NCBI GenBank assembly: GCA_965204755.1
Contig: OZ242011.1
Span: forward strand, 2,688,001 to 2,752,000
DNA length: 64,000 bases
Direction of reading: 5' to 3'
DNA from: Candidatus Marinacidobacterium sp.
Lineage (GTDB): Bacteria; Acidobacteriota; Vicinamibacteria; Marinacidobacterales; Marinacidobacteraceae
The translations under genes were made by a program, and so were the position numbers. Positions 30,601 to 44,449 of the stretch are shown in pieces; the stretch's first letter is position 1; every line of letters starts with the position of its first letter. Below the pieces are notes generated by a model. It was given only the letters and a program-made list of their open reading frames with translations. It had not been told where the DNA came from and searched no databases.

Positions 30601-30756
30601 AAGCGGGACACGGAGCGCCGCTGCGAAATCCCGGAGGAGACGCTGCTGGAGGCGCGGCGAAAGATTCTCGCGCACATCCGGGACACCTATTCCAAGCGCG
30701 TGGACGCCCCGATCGGCGCCGAACCGGTCCTCCGCTGCTGGATGGAACTGAACTGA
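27628..30756 (+). CDS. Phospholipase D (HKD) nuclease-SNF2 helicase fusion
   Basis: FHAKAY..GSSNFT..GL..N.ELN PLD motif; CDGVGLGKT, DEAH, LTATP, STDVLSEGLNLQ, QRIGRVDR. Confidence 0.9.
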   Translation: MTSGDGGRGLFIVDNSISGWTGLRYLEQWADIARKFDVATGFFEIGALLALDGKWQGLEKVRILMGAETTHRTRGLLRKSVEERVIRELDRSIESNRTDNPFLHGVPGIVEGLRSGQIECRIYDRAKFHAKAYITHAKLDIIGSQALVGSSNFTKPGLTQNIELNVQIQSAREVGQLQEWFEEHWRKARPVTDDVIRTVERHVRPFSPFEIWAKALQEFFRGHELTATEWDEGESKMFPRLDRYQKEAYWALMKIARQHGGAFLCDGVGLGKTFVGLMLIERLVVHERKRVVLFAPKAAREGVWDPHIERFLAHIGGGSDFSNLAVFNHTDLSRGGEFPERFERIAEMADVVVVDEAHHFRNPGSPGNAEVSRSRYYRLYDLLDPRRRPKSVFLLTATPINNRLADFRHMAELFTRRDERYFGRTLGVNDLPAHFRKMERALTERVGHDTPDVSEQSVEAMDVLAGDRVFRELVVQRSRAYAKESQERETGLSASFPKREPPQVEPYSIEKTYGGLLEKFGTSFAGSNPLFTLPMYYPLHWYIGPDQDIDRREENRQKQVVGLIRTNFLKRFESSVTAFELSCVRLMGKLLAFVEVHSEGDGAKDRLVRWRTRNEATIERATAKRDEYWSEEDEIEGDDDLVLPEMIEEVGRLKATEYALSEMLDETYGDLDRIVGFLEEMQKLDVRSDDKLQSLVRLLRSDENTGRKMLVFTEFADTAKYLAGHLREQGVEGVEQLDGSSNKNRAEIIRRFSPYYNGSSVADLRMTGRKEIRVLVSTDVLSEGLNLQDASRMINYDIHWNPVRLMQRIGRVDRRMDPAIEERLLRDRPEEASQRGTVRFWNFLPPEELNDLLSLYTSVTRKTLLISATLGIEGRKLLTPEDDFEALREFNDAYEGTKSAVEEMHLEYQALVRDDPGLEQSLRDLPGGAFSGRRRVSKDARAVFFCYGLPALDKEKGEFTEEAGLTRWYLHDLGQGATFEDAAEIAGSVRSKRDTERRCEIPEETLLEARRKILAHIRDTYSKRVDAPIGAEPVLRCWMELN

Positions 30757-30769
30757 CCGGGGCAGGACG

Positions 30770-35055
<4,286 letters not shown>

Positions 35056-35126
35056 CGCGGTGGACCACCGGCGCGCGGCGGGCGCGCGGCGCGGCGCGGG
35101 GAGCGGATGGGGCATGATTGCCCCTC

Positions 35127-36533
35127 ATGACCGTCCTCACTGCCCTTCGTCCCCTTCATTTGCTGCCCGCGCTCGTCCTCCCCGCGGCGCTCGCCTGTTC
35201 GCCGGCGGCGGAGCCGCCGCTTGATCCCTACGGGGTTCCGGGGGCGGCGGAGCGGTTCGCGATCTCCCGCGACATCGTGGTGGAGAAACTGGGCGCGCCG
35301 CTGCTCGCCGCCATGCGGAACCACGACATCGACCTCTGGCTGGTGGTGGATCGGGAGAACAACCCGGACCCGCTCCACGAGGAAGTCGGGGGCGGGTTCT
35401 CCGGGGTGCGCGGGGCGCGGCTCTTCCACGACGACGGCGGGGACCGGCCGCGGCGCCTCTACATCGGTTCGCACGAGCATCCGGCGAACTCGGTCGTCGG
35501 CCAGGCGTTCGACGAGAAGACCTACTACGGCTACCACCCCGACGGCATCACGCCGCACCTCCGCGCCGCCGTCGAAAGGCTCGATCCGGAGCGCATCGGC
35601 GTGAATACCTCGCCCACGCTTCCCGAAGCGGACGGGCTCACCGCCGGGCTCCGGGACTTCCTCGAAGAGGCGCTCGGGCCGGAGTACGCCGCCCGGATGG
35701 TCTCCGCCGAACTGCTGGTCCGCGACTTCCGGTTGGCCCGCACCGGGCGCGAGACGGAAACCTATCGCCGCCTGCTGGAATGGACGGCGCGCTGGATGAC
35801 CGAAGCGCTCAGCCGCCGCGTGATCACGCCGGGCGTGACCACCGCGGAAGACCTCGCCTGGTGGCTGCAGGATCGGGCGCTCGAACTGGGGATGACCGGC
35901 GGCGGCACCGTGCGCGTCGTGCGGGAAGGGGACCTGCTGCCGATCCACTCACCGGACATCCCCATCGAACCGGGTGACATCCTGAGCATCGACGGCGGGC
36001 TGAAGTTCCTCCACTTCGCCGTGGACATCAAGCGCGCCGCCTATGTGCTGCGGCCGGGCGAGACGGAGTTTCCCGAGAGTCTGGCGTCGGCGTGGCGGGA
36101 CACCGTTGAGTTCGGCGAACGGTACGCCTCGCTGATGATTCCGGGGACGGTGGGGCACGAACTCTGGTCGGCGCTCGGCGCAGAGGCGCAGGCGGACGGC
36201 TACCGCAGCGTCGGCCCGGACGCCGGCGGGGACGCGGTGACCACCACCGAGCCGGAGATCGGGGTGTACGGCCACTCGGTCGGGAATGTGGCGCACGACA
36301 TCGGCGCGCGCGTCGCCGACAACCTGCCCTTCGCCTACGGCGACCGGGTGGGTTTCGCGCTCCGCGAGTCGGAGTGGGTCTCCATCGAGTTCCACCTGAG
36401 CACGCCGATTCCGGAGTGGGACGGAAAGACCTGGTACGCGCGGTTCGAGGAGACCGCGGCAGTGACGCCGAACGGCGCCGAGTGGCTCATTCCCTACCAG
36501 CGCGACCTGATCCTCATTCCTTCGGGCGAATGA
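35127..36533 (+). CDS. M24 family metallopeptidase (probable lipoprotein)
   Basis: LAC lipobox; GDILSIDGG..DIKRAAYVLR, YGHSVG..HDIG, SIEF, EE; start 35127 or 35118. Confidence 0.82.
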   Translation: MTVLTALRPLHLLPALVLPAALACSPAAEPPLDPYGVPGAAERFAISRDIVVEKLGAPLLAAMRNHDIDLWLVVDRENNPDPLHEEVGGGFSGVRGARLFHDDGGDRPRRLYIGSHEHPANSVVGQAFDEKTYYGYHPDGITPHLRAAVERLDPERIGVNTSPTLPEADGLTAGLRDFLEEALGPEYAARMVSAELLVRDFRLARTGRETETYRRLLEWTARWMTEALSRRVITPGVTTAEDLAWWLQDRALELGMTGGGTVRVVREGDLLPIHSPDIPIEPGDILSIDGGLKFLHFAVDIKRAAYVLRPGETEFPESLASAWRDTVEFGERYASLMIPGTVGHELWSALGAEAQADGYRSVGPDAGGDAVTTTEPEIGVYGHSVGNVAHDIGARVADNLPFAYGDRVGFALRESEWVSIEFHLSTPIPEWDGKTWYARFEETAAVTPNGAEWLIPYQRDLILIPSGE

Positions 36534-37642
36534 CCGGCGGCTGCGCTCCGCCCTCCGCTTCCGCCGCCGGGGGCGGAGGCGCCGGGGAGCGCCCGCTCGG
36601 TTTCGGGCTGATCGGCACCGGCATGGCCGGCGGCTGCAACGCCTGCGAGTTGGAGTTCGTGGAAGGCGCCCGGCTGGCGGCGGTGTGTTCGCGCGACCCG
36701 GAGCGCGCCCGCTCCTTCGCCGAAGAACACGGCGCCGCGAAGTGGTACACCGACTACGAGCGCCTGGTCACCGACCCGGAAGTGGATGCGGTGCTGGTGC
36801 TCACGCCCACCGGCCTCCACGCGGAGATGACGATCGCGGCGGCGGAAGCGGGCAAACATGTGCTCGTCGAAAAGCCCATCGAAGCCACCCTCGAAGCGGC
36901 CCGCCGCATGATCCGCGTCTGCCGCGAACGCGATGTCCGGTTGGGCGTGATCTTCCAGATGCGTTTCGGCCGCGTGGCGGAAAAACTGCGGACGCTCCTC
37001 TCCGCCGGCGGCCTCGGCGACCTCTATCTCGCGGACGCGGTGGACAAGGTCAGCCGCCCGCCTTCGTACTACGCTTCCGCCGCCTGGCGCGGCACCGAGG
37101 AACTCGAAGGCGGCGGCTGCCTGATGACCCAGTCCATCCACATCCTCGACCTGCTGCAGCACCTGGTCGGCCCGGTGGCGGCGGTCACCGGCAAGACGGC
37201 CACGAAACGCCATTCCATCGAGGTGGAGGACACCGCGACGGCGCTCCTGGAATTCGAGAACGGCGCGCTCGGTTCGCTCGTCAGCGCGACTTCGGTGCGC
37301 CCCGCGCTCCTGTCCCGGATCGCCGTCCACGGCGAGCGCGGGACGGTCGTGGCGAACGCGCAGTACGACAAGTTCCTCGTTTGGGAGGTCGAGGGCGTCC
37401 CGGGGCCGCCGAACCTGCCGGAGACGACGCGCTGGTTGGACACCGACGACCCTTGGTCGTACCCGCAGACCCGCCACCGGGCGCAACTCGCCGACCTGGT
37501 GGGCGCGGTGCGCGAAGGGCGGGCGCCGGTGCTCGACGGCGAGGAGGCGCTGCGCTCGCTGCGGGTGGTCAAGGCGATCCAGCATTCGGCGCGTCTCGGG
37601 CGCGAGGTCCGGCTCGCCGACCCGTTGCCCGGCGAGCCGTGA
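36530..37642 (+). CDS. Gfo/Idh/MocA family oxidoreductase
   Basis: ATGA overlap; GLIGTG, AGKHVLVEKP, GGGCL..QSIH.LD. Confidence 0.92.
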   Translation: MTGGCAPPSASAAGGGGAGERPLGFGLIGTGMAGGCNACELEFVEGARLAAVCSRDPERARSFAEEHGAAKWYTDYERLVTDPEVDAVLVLTPTGLHAEMTIAAAEAGKHVLVEKPIEATLEAARRMIRVCRERDVRLGVIFQMRFGRVAEKLRTLLSAGGLGDLYLADAVDKVSRPPSYYASAAWRGTEELEGGGCLMTQSIHILDLLQHLVGPVAAVTGKTATKRHSIEVEDTATALLEFENGALGSLVSATSVRPALLSRIAVHGERGTVVANAQYDKFLVWEVEGVPGPPNLPETTRWLDTDDPWSYPQTRHRAQLADLVGAVREGRAPVLDGEEALRSLRVVKAIQHSARLGREVRLADPLPGEP

Positions 37643-37688
37643 CCGGGCGGGCGGCGCGGGCCCGCGCGGTCGCCGGGCCGCCGCCCCG

Positions 37689-38228
37689 TTGCGAGCCGCC
37701 GAAGGATTGAGCCGCTTGGTCCGGCGGATCGTCCGGGTCGTCGAAGGACTCGCCGCCGCCGCGCTCGCCGGGCTGGCGCTGCTCGTCTGCCTGCAGGTCG
37801 CGGGGCGGTACCTGCTGCCGACGGCGCCGACCTGGACCGAGGAACTCGCCCGGTACCTGCAGGTCTGGCTGGTGTTCCTCGCCGCACCGGCGTGTCTGCA
37901 TCGCGGGATGCACCTCGCGGTGGATTACCTCACGCCGCGCCTCACCGAACGAAACCGCCGGCGCGCGCGGCGGGTGGTGTTCGCGCTGGTCGGCGTCTGG
38001 TCGGCGGTGATCGCCGTCGTCGGGATCCGACTGCTCGGCGTGGCGGCGCTCCAGACTTCGCCGGCGCTGGGCGTTTCCATGGTATGGCCCTATCTCGCGG
38101 CGCCGGTGGGCGGATCGCTCCTTACGCTGGTGGCTGTCGCCCGGTTGGTCGATCCCATGGGCGGCGTCGCGAACGCATCCGGGGGTTTCGGCGCCCCGGC
38201 AGGCGGCGGCGAAAGGGCAGGGGAATGA
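37689..38228 (+). CDS. dctQ: TRAP transporter small permease (DctQ family)
   Basis: QV.GRY, WTEELARYL.VW..FL, H..VD, Q.SPALG; start uncertain. Confidence 0.85.
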   Translation: MRAAEGLSRLVRRIVRVVEGLAAAALAGLALLVCLQVAGRYLLPTAPTWTEELARYLQVWLVFLAAPACLHRGMHLAVDYLTPRLTERNRRRARRVVFALVGVWSAVIAVVGIRLLGVAALQTSPALGVSMVWPYLAAPVGGSLLTLVAVARLVDPMGGVANASGGFGAPAGGGERAGE

Positions 38229-39568
38229 CCGGCGTCCTGCTCGCCGTCCTGCTCGTCCTGCTGGCGCTCGGCGTGCCGGTCGCGTTCGCGGTGGGCCTCG
38301 GAGGTATGGCGGCGCTGCTGACCGACCGGACGATGCCGCTCGAGGTCGCGGCGCAGCGGGCGTTCGCCGCGCTCGATTCCTGGGCGTTGATGGCCGTGCC
38401 GCTCTTCATCCTCGCCGGGGAATTGATGTCGGTATCCGGCATGGCGCGGCGGATGCTGCGGCTGGTGAGCCGCGCGCCGGCCGCGCTGCCGGTGGTTTCC
38501 ATCGCCTCCTCGATGGGTTTCGCCGCCGTTTCCGGCAGTTCCAGCGCCTCGACCGCCGCCGTCGGCTCCGTGATGATCCCGGCGATGCGCCGCCGGGGAT
38601 ACCCGGCGGGTTTCGCGGCGGCGTTCCAGGCGGCGGGCGGCGCCCTCGGCCCGATCATCCCGCCGAGCATCATCATGATCGTCGTCGGCCACCTGACCGG
38701 CGCTTCCATCGCGGCGCTCTTCTTCGGCGGCATCGCGCCGGGCCTCCTGGTCGGCGGCGCGCTGATGGCCGCGGGCTACCGCCGCGCCCGCGTCTGGGAA
38801 CGGGAGCGAACCGCCGGGGCCCGCGACGCCGCATCGCCCGACGCGGATTCCCCTGACGCGGATTCCCGCGGCGCGGATGCCCCTGACAACGATTCCCCTG
38901 ACGCGGTTTCGTCGCCGCCGCGCGAGTTCGCCGCGGCGCTCCCGATGCTGCTCATGCCGGTGCTGGTGCTCGGCGGCATCCTCGCCGGCGCCTTCACCGC
39001 CACGGAAGCCGCGGGCGTCGCCGTGGCCTACTTGGTGGTCGTGGGTTTCCTCGGCCGCAACCTGCGACTGCGGGATATCGGCCGGGCGCTGGTGGACTCG
39101 GCGCTCCGTTCCGCGGTCGTGCTGTTCGTCGCCACCACCGCCGCCCTCTTCGCCTGGATCCTGGCGGTGGAGCAGGTGGCGGGTTCGATCGGCGCGGCTC
39201 TCGGCGCGGCCGCCACGCCGCTGGCCTTCCTCGTCGCCGCGAACCTCGTGTTCATCGTCGCCGGCATGTTGATGGAGAGCATCTCCGCGCTCATCGTGGC
39301 CGTGCCGATCCTGTTTCCGCTCGCGCTCTCCCTCGGCGTGGACCCGGTGCACTTCGGCGTCCTCGTTTCCGTGAACCTGTGCATCGGCATGGTGACCCCG
39401 CCCTACGGCGCGACGCTCTTCGTCGCCTGCTCGCTGTCCGGCGTCGAAGTGCGCGAAGTCGCCCCCTGGACGCTGCGCCCGGTCGCGTTCATGTTGGCCG
39501 CGCAAGTCGTCATCACCGTCTTCCCCCCGGTCGTCCTGGCGCTGCCCCGCGCGTTCGGTTTGCTGTGA
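38225..39568 (+). CDS. dctM: TRAP transporter large permease (DctM family)
   Basis: AVPLFILAGELM, SGSS.A, IIPPSI, FTATEAA, GVDPVHFG, TPPYG. Confidence 0.92.
   Translation: MTGVLLAVLLVLLALGVPVAFAVGLGGMAALLTDRTMPLEVAAQRAFAALDSWALMAVPLFILAGELMSVSGMARRMLRLVSRAPAALPVVSIASSMGFAAVSGSSSASTAAVGSVMIPAMRRRGYPAGFAAAFQAAGGALGPIIPPSIIMIVVGHLTGASIAALFFGGIAPGLLVGGALMAAGYRRARVWERERTAGARDAASPDADSPDADSRGADAPDNDSPDAVSSPPREFAAALPMLLMPVLVLGGILAGAFTATEAAGVAVAYLVVVGFLGRNLRLRDIGRALVDSALRSAVVLFVATTAALFAWILAVEQVAGSIGAALGAAATPLAFLVAANLVFIVAGMLMESISALIVAVPILFPLALSLGVDPVHFGVLVSVNLCIGMVTPPYGATLFVACSLSGVEVREVAPWTLRPVAFMLAAQVVITVFPPVVLALPRAFGLL
38834..38908 (+). repeat. 5 x 15-bp imperfect tandem repeat (SPDAD) in a DctM loop
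   Basis: TCCCCTGACGCGGAT consensus. Confidence 0.8.
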
Positions 39569-40581
39569 CGCGCTTCGCCTCCGCGCTCCCTCGAGCGGCA
39601 TTCCTGCTCGCTTCGTCGGGTATGGCCGCCGCCGGGTGCGCCGGCGGGGGCGCGTCGTCCGCGCCCGGGACTCCTCGAACGCTCCGCGCCAGCGCCTCCG
39701 CCGCCGAAGGAGAACCGCAAACGCTGGCGCTCCGGAGATTCGCCGAAGAAGTCGAAGCGCGCACCGAAGGCCGGGTGCGCGTGGCGGTCTATCCCTCCAG
39801 CGCGCTCGGCGACGAGCGGGAAGTGATCGAACTGGTAATCCTCGGCGCGGTGCAGGCCGCCTGCCCGGCGAACTCCCCGCTCGCCACCTTCGCTCCGGAA
39901 CTCGGCGTCCTCGACCTGCCGTTCCTGTTCGACGACCGCGCCCACCTCTACCGGGCGCTCGACGGCGAAGTGGGCGCCGCCCTCGCTTCGGCGCTCCGCC
40001 GCCGCGGCCTCCACCTGCTCGGCTTCTTCGACATCGGCCTCCGCCATGTCATGACCCGCGCCGCGCCGGTCGAAACCGCGGCGGACTTCGCCGGGCTCAA
40101 GATCCGCACGATGGAGAACGCGCTCCACCTCGGCGCATTCCGCTCTTTCGGCGCGAGCCCGCTCCCGATGGCCTACGGCGAGTTGTACACCGCGCTGGAA
40201 CAGGGCGTGATAGACGGCGCGGAAGCCGCCGCGACCAATTACCTTTCCCGCGGTTTCCACGAGGTCGCGCCATTCTGGGCCGAAGTCGGCTGGCTCCACC
40301 TGGTGGCCCCGTTCGTCCTGAACCGCGACTTCTACCGTTCCCTCCCCCCCGCCGACCGCCGCGCCCTGAACGAGGCCGCGGCCATCGCCATCACGGAAGA
40401 ACGCGCCGAATACCGCCGCCAGGAAGCCGAAGCCACCACCCGCCTCCGCGCCGCCGGCGTCCGCTTCACCCACCCCGACCGCCCCACCCTCCACCACCTC
40501 TCCGCCCCCGTCCGCCACGCGCCCCCGGGCGTCCCCGAGTCGCTGCTCGCCGCCGTCGAGGCTGCCCGACCGGGCCGCTGA
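39565..40581 (+). CDS. dctP: TRAP substrate-binding protein (DctP family)
   Basis: GTGA overlap; YPSSALGDERE, LPFLFD, GLKIR, GASP.PM.YGELYTALEQGVIDGAE. Confidence 0.9.
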   Translation: MTRFASALPRAAFLLASSGMAAAGCAGGGASSAPGTPRTLRASASAAEGEPQTLALRRFAEEVEARTEGRVRVAVYPSSALGDEREVIELVILGAVQAACPANSPLATFAPELGVLDLPFLFDDRAHLYRALDGEVGAALASALRRRGLHLLGFFDIGLRHVMTRAAPVETAADFAGLKIRTMENALHLGAFRSFGASPLPMAYGELYTALEQGVIDGAEAAATNYLSRGFHEVAPFWAEVGWLHLVAPFVLNRDFYRSLPPADRRALNEAAAIAITEERAEYRRQEAEATTRLRAAGVRFTHPDRPTLHHLSAPVRHAPPGVPESLLAAVEAARPGR

Positions 40582-40637
40582 CCGATTTACCGCCAATCGG
40601 CTACGATCCGGCTCACGAGGGCCATCCCCGAAGTCCC

Positions 40638-41933
40638 ATGCATGTCAGACGCCTGACCATCGAGAACCTCCGTTCGATACGGGGACTGGACTTCCAGGTG
40701 GACGCTCGCGAGGCCGCCGGCTGGCATGTCTTTCTCGGCGACAACGGGGCCGGGAAATCCACGGTCGTTCGGTCCCTTGCCCTAGCCCTCATGGGCGCGG
40801 TGAACGCGCACGCCACGCGACAAGATTGGGCGCGCTGGGTGTCGGAGGCTGACAAGGGCGGAGCGGCGGCCGTGACGCTCGACGCGCACCCAACGGATGA
40901 TTGGAAGACTCAGGGAGCGAAAGGGAAGCAGCCGATCGTGGCGAAGGCCCAAATCCGGATCGCCGATCCCGCTTCGACGAACGGTCGAGCCGACCTGAAG
41001 TTCTCGGGGCGCTCCGCGGAGCGAACGGTGTGGGGGGGCGGCGCCGGCTGGTTTTCGGCCTCTTTCGGCCCGTCTCGGCGCTTTTCCGGGACAGATCCGG
41101 AGATGGACCGCTTGTATCTCACCCACCCGAGGCTCGCTCCACACTTGTCGGCGTTCGGAGAAAATGTGGCTCTCGGCGAGTGCCTGCGTTGGCTGACGGA
41201 TCTTCAGTTTCGGAGTCTCGAGGGAGACGATGAGGCTAGGCGTGTCCGGGACGCGGTGAAGTCGTTCGTGAACCGCGCCGACCTGCTTCCGCACGGCGCC
41301 ACGATCCGAGAGATCACGGCGGGCCGCGTCGTCATCGAGGACGGTGCGGGTTCGTGCGTTGCCGTCGAGGAGATGAGCGACGGGTACCGCTCGATTCTGA
41401 GTCTCACGCTCGAAATGCTGCGACTGATGTTCGCGAACTTCTCGACCGATGTCGCCTTGCGTCTGATGGATGAGGAAGCCGGAACGGTACGACTGCCCGG
41501 GGTCGTCGCCATAGACGAAATAGACGCCCACCTGCATCCCCAGTGGCAACAGCGGATCGGTGATTGGTTCCTGTCTCGGTTCCCGGAGACACAATTCCTC
41601 GTCACGACACACAGCCCGATCATCTGCCGCGCGGCCCGCCTCGGGAGCGTGTGGTTGCTGCCGACGCCGGGAACGGGCGACGATCCTCGCCGCATCGAGG
41701 GAACGGAGTTGGCGCGCCTCCTCGACGGGAACATTCTGGAGGCCTACGGGACGGACCTCTTCGGGGAGGATGTCACCCGGTCGCCCGAGTCCGAGAAGAA
41801 GTTGGCTCGCCTCGCCGTACTGAATCGCAAGCGGCTACTCGGGTCACTGCCCCCGGACGAGCAGGGCGAACTCGAGCAACTCAGGGCCGCCATGCCGACG
41901 GCGGCGAACCACACGGCGCCGGTGCTGGACTGA
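40638..41933 (+). CDS. ABC/AAA_21-type ATPase, Septu PtuA-like
   Basis: GDNGAGKST, MSDGY signature, IDEIDAHLHPQWQ, TTHSP. Confidence 0.85.
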   Translation: MHVRRLTIENLRSIRGLDFQVDAREAAGWHVFLGDNGAGKSTVVRSLALALMGAVNAHATRQDWARWVSEADKGGAAAVTLDAHPTDDWKTQGAKGKQPIVAKAQIRIADPASTNGRADLKFSGRSAERTVWGGGAGWFSASFGPSRRFSGTDPEMDRLYLTHPRLAPHLSAFGENVALGECLRWLTDLQFRSLEGDDEARRVRDAVKSFVNRADLLPHGATIREITAGRVVIEDGAGSCVAVEEMSDGYRSILSLTLEMLRLMFANFSTDVALRLMDEEAGTVRLPGVVAIDEIDAHLHPQWQQRIGDWFLSRFPETQFLVTTHSPIICRAARLGSVWLLPTPGTGDDPRRIEGTELARLLDGNILEAYGTDLFGEDVTRSPESEKKLARLAVLNRKRLLGSLPPDEQGELEQLRAAMPTAANHTAPVLD

Positions 41934-41937
41934 ACCG

Positions 41938-42738
41938 ATGTTGCGGCTGGACGACCCCGGCGTAGATGCCGAGACGAAGCGGGGGTTGGAGCGCTACCAA
42001 GCTGAAGTGGAGCGGGCGGGAGACTACGCCGCTCAGGTGAGCGAGGGTGCGACCCTCTTCGCTCGCTACAACCGACGGAAGAACAGCGTCTTTGTCGTTG
42101 TCCGTCGGCAACTGGCCCTCATGTGCCCCGGTGCTCGGCGGTGCGGCTATTGCGAGGATTCCGCGGAGAGTGATATCGACCATTTCCGACCGAAGACCCT
42201 GTACCCGGACCAAGTGTTCGTATGGGAAAACTATCTGCCGTCCTGCGCTCCGTGCAATCGTAAGAAGGGCCGGCGATTTGCCGTGTTGAAGGACGGCGAT
42301 CTGACCTGTGTCAGCCGGCGGCGCGGCGCGCCCGTCGAGAGGCCGATCGCCGGCCCTCCCGCGCTCATCGACCCCCGGGTCGAGGAACCGATGCGAACAC
42401 TGACGCTCGATCTCTTGGACACCTTCAGATTCCTGCCGCGTGAGGGTGTGAGTAGCGAGGACGAGATACGCGCGAATTACACGATCACTGTGCTGCAACT
42501 CAATCGGGATGTGTTGACGGAATCCCGGCGACGGGCGTATGACGATTACCGAGCGCGGCTGTCCGAGTATCGGAGCCGTCGCGCTGCCGGATCGCCGGAG
42601 TCGGAATTGAGGCCCCTGAAGGACGGGTTGCTGACGAGTGCGCACCCGACGGTCTGGCGGGAAATGCAGCGGCAACAGGCGCGGATCGGCGATTTGCGGC
42701 GCCTGTTCGCGGAAGTGCCGGAGGCGCTGTGCTGGTGA
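41938..42738 (+). CDS. HNH endonuclease, Septu PtuB-like
   Basis: CGYCE..DIDHFRPK..YP...WENY..SC..CN..K; 4 nt after the ATPase stop. Confidence 0.85.
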   Translation: MLRLDDPGVDAETKRGLERYQAEVERAGDYAAQVSEGATLFARYNRRKNSVFVVVRRQLALMCPGARRCGYCEDSAESDIDHFRPKTLYPDQVFVWENYLPSCAPCNRKKGRRFAVLKDGDLTCVSRRRGAPVERPIAGPPALIDPRVEEPMRTLTLDLLDTFRFLPREGVSSEDEIRANYTITVLQLNRDVLTESRRRAYDDYRARLSEYRSRRAAGSPESELRPLKDGLLTSAHPTVWREMQRQQARIGDLRRLFAEVPEALCW

Positions 42739-42873
42739 CCGGGGAGGAAGCACCCGGAGCGGCGGGGCAGGTGTTCGGGACGGAAGACCCGAAGCCGCGT
42801 TCGTTCTGGGTGGCGCTTCATTCCTACAGTTACCTGTAGTTCGACGATATGGCGGCGCTCAATCGGCGTCTCG

Positions 42874-42982
42874 GGCGTCCGCTTCACCGGTGCGCCCGAG
42901 CCTCCACCGCCTCTCCGCCCCCGTCCGCCGGACACTCCTGGCGCCGTCGCTGCTGACGGTCATCGACATGCTTCGTTGACCG
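42874..42982 (+). repeat. Decayed duplicate of the dctP 3' end (matches 40456..40584)
   Basis: 15/15 ggcgtccgcttcacc, 28/29 cctccacc[a/g]cctctccgcccccgtccgcc, gtcgctgct and tgaccg occur collinearly. Confidence 0.75.
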
Positions 42983-43099
42983 CTCCCCTTCGCCGCGCTA
43001 CTCTCCGTTCGGTGAGCGGAGCCGCCCTTTCGTGGCGCTGCCGCGCTGCCGGGAGCGATCCACGCCGCTCGGCGATCCTTCCGACCTGAGAGCCCCTTC

Positions 43100-44449
43100 A
43101 TGCTGTCCCGGCTTCGTCTTCGCAACTTCAAGTCGTGGGAGGACACTGGCGACCTCGCGTTGCGCCCGATAACTGCTTTTTTCGGGGCGAACAGTTCCGG
43201 CAAGACGAGTCTGCTGCAGGCGCTGTTGCTGCTCAAGCAGACATCGGAATCGTCGGATCCTGCGGAAGTCTTCCATTTCGGTGGTGGAGAGGCCCCGGTG
43301 AATTTGGGCGACTTCGAGAACATCCTGCACCGCCACGATCTGTCGCGGCGAGTCGAGATTTCGCTCGACTGGACGACCGACAAACCGGTCGCCATTCGGG
43401 GTTGGGAGAGGCGGGAGATCACCAAGTCGTCGTCGCTCGGCTTTACAGTGACGGCCGAGCAGGACCGAATGGGACCGCGGCGGATGGCCGTGGCGGAAAT
43501 GTCGTACCGAGTCGGGGAGAGCCGGTTCGGCATGCGTCGAAACGGCAAGGGATACACCCTCTTTGGGGAGGGGATCGACTACCGCTTCGTCCGCCGCGAG
43601 GGGCGGTCGTGGCCGCTTCCTCCTCCGGTCCGCTGCTACGGCTTCCCTGACGAGGTCGGCGCCTACTACCGGAACGCCGGATTCCTCGCCGAACGGGGCT
43701 ACGACTTCGCCAAACTCCTGAGGCGGATCCAGTACTTGGGGCCACTGCGCGCCTATCCGGAGAGGCGCTACTACTGGACCGGCGGCGAGCCCGCCGACAT
43801 GGGCCGGGCCGGCGAGGCGGCAGTGGCCGCGATCCTGGCGGCGCGTAACCGGGGGAGGAACATCTCTCGTGGCCGCGGCCGCAAGAAGCGTTCGCTCGAG
43901 GAGCATGTGGCGAGTTGGCTCCGTGACCTCGGCTTGATCCACGACTTCTCGGTCGAATCGCTAAGCGAGGGGGCACAGGTCTTCCAGGTCGTCGTGCGGA
44001 AGACGGCCGGCTCGGCGTCGGTGCCGATCACCGATATCGGGTTCGGGGTGCCCCAGATACTTCCGGTGCTCGTCCTGTGCTTCTACGCCGCCGAAGGTTC
44101 CACCATCATCCTCGAACAACCGGAAATCCACCTGCATCCGGCGATACAGGCAGGTCTGGCGGATGTGTTGATCGAGGCCGCCCGATACCGGGGAGTCCAG
44201 ATCATCGTGGAGAGCCACAGTGAGTACCTGCTCCGGCGACTGGTGCGCCGGGTCGCGGACGAAACGCTGCCGAGCGACCGGGTCGGGTTGTGGTTTTGTG
44301 AATCGGGCGAGGCGTCTTCGACCATCACCGCGCTCGAAATGGATACCTACGGCGCCGTCGCGAACTGGCCCGACGAGTTCTTCGGGGGTGACTTCGAGGA
44401 GATCGCCGAGACCGCGATACGGCAACTGCGCCGGAGGGCGAAGGCATGA
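43100..44449 (+). CDS. AAA ATPase with C-terminal DUF3696
   Basis: NFKSW, GANSSGKTS, YLGPLR, DIGFGVPQILP, EQPEIHLHP, ESHSE, NWPDEFF. Confidence 0.88.
   Translation: MLSRLRLRNFKSWEDTGDLALRPITAFFGANSSGKTSLLQALLLLKQTSESSDPAEVFHFGGGEAPVNLGDFENILHRHDLSRRVEISLDWTTDKPVAIRGWERREITKSSSLGFTVTAEQDRMGPRRMAVAEMSYRVGESRFGMRRNGKGYTLFGEGIDYRFVRREGRSWPLPPPVRCYGFPDEVGAYYRNAGFLAERGYDFAKLLRRIQYLGPLRAYPERRYYWTGGEPADMGRAGEAAVAAILAARNRGRNISRGRGRKKRSLEEHVASWLRDLGLIHDFSVESLSEGAQVFQVVVRKTAGSASVPITDIGFGVPQILPVLVLCFYAAEGSTIILEQPEIHLHPAIQAGLADVLIEAARYRGVQIIVESHSEYLLRRLVRRVADETLPSDRVGLWFCESGEASSTITALEMDTYGAVANWPDEFFGGDFEEIAETAIRQLRRRAKA

Noticed and set aside
40582-43099. Retron (Ec78-type) interpretation of the ATPase-HNH pair
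   Set aside because: No reverse transcriptase or msr/msd-like inverted repeats are visible nearby; called Septu-like instead.
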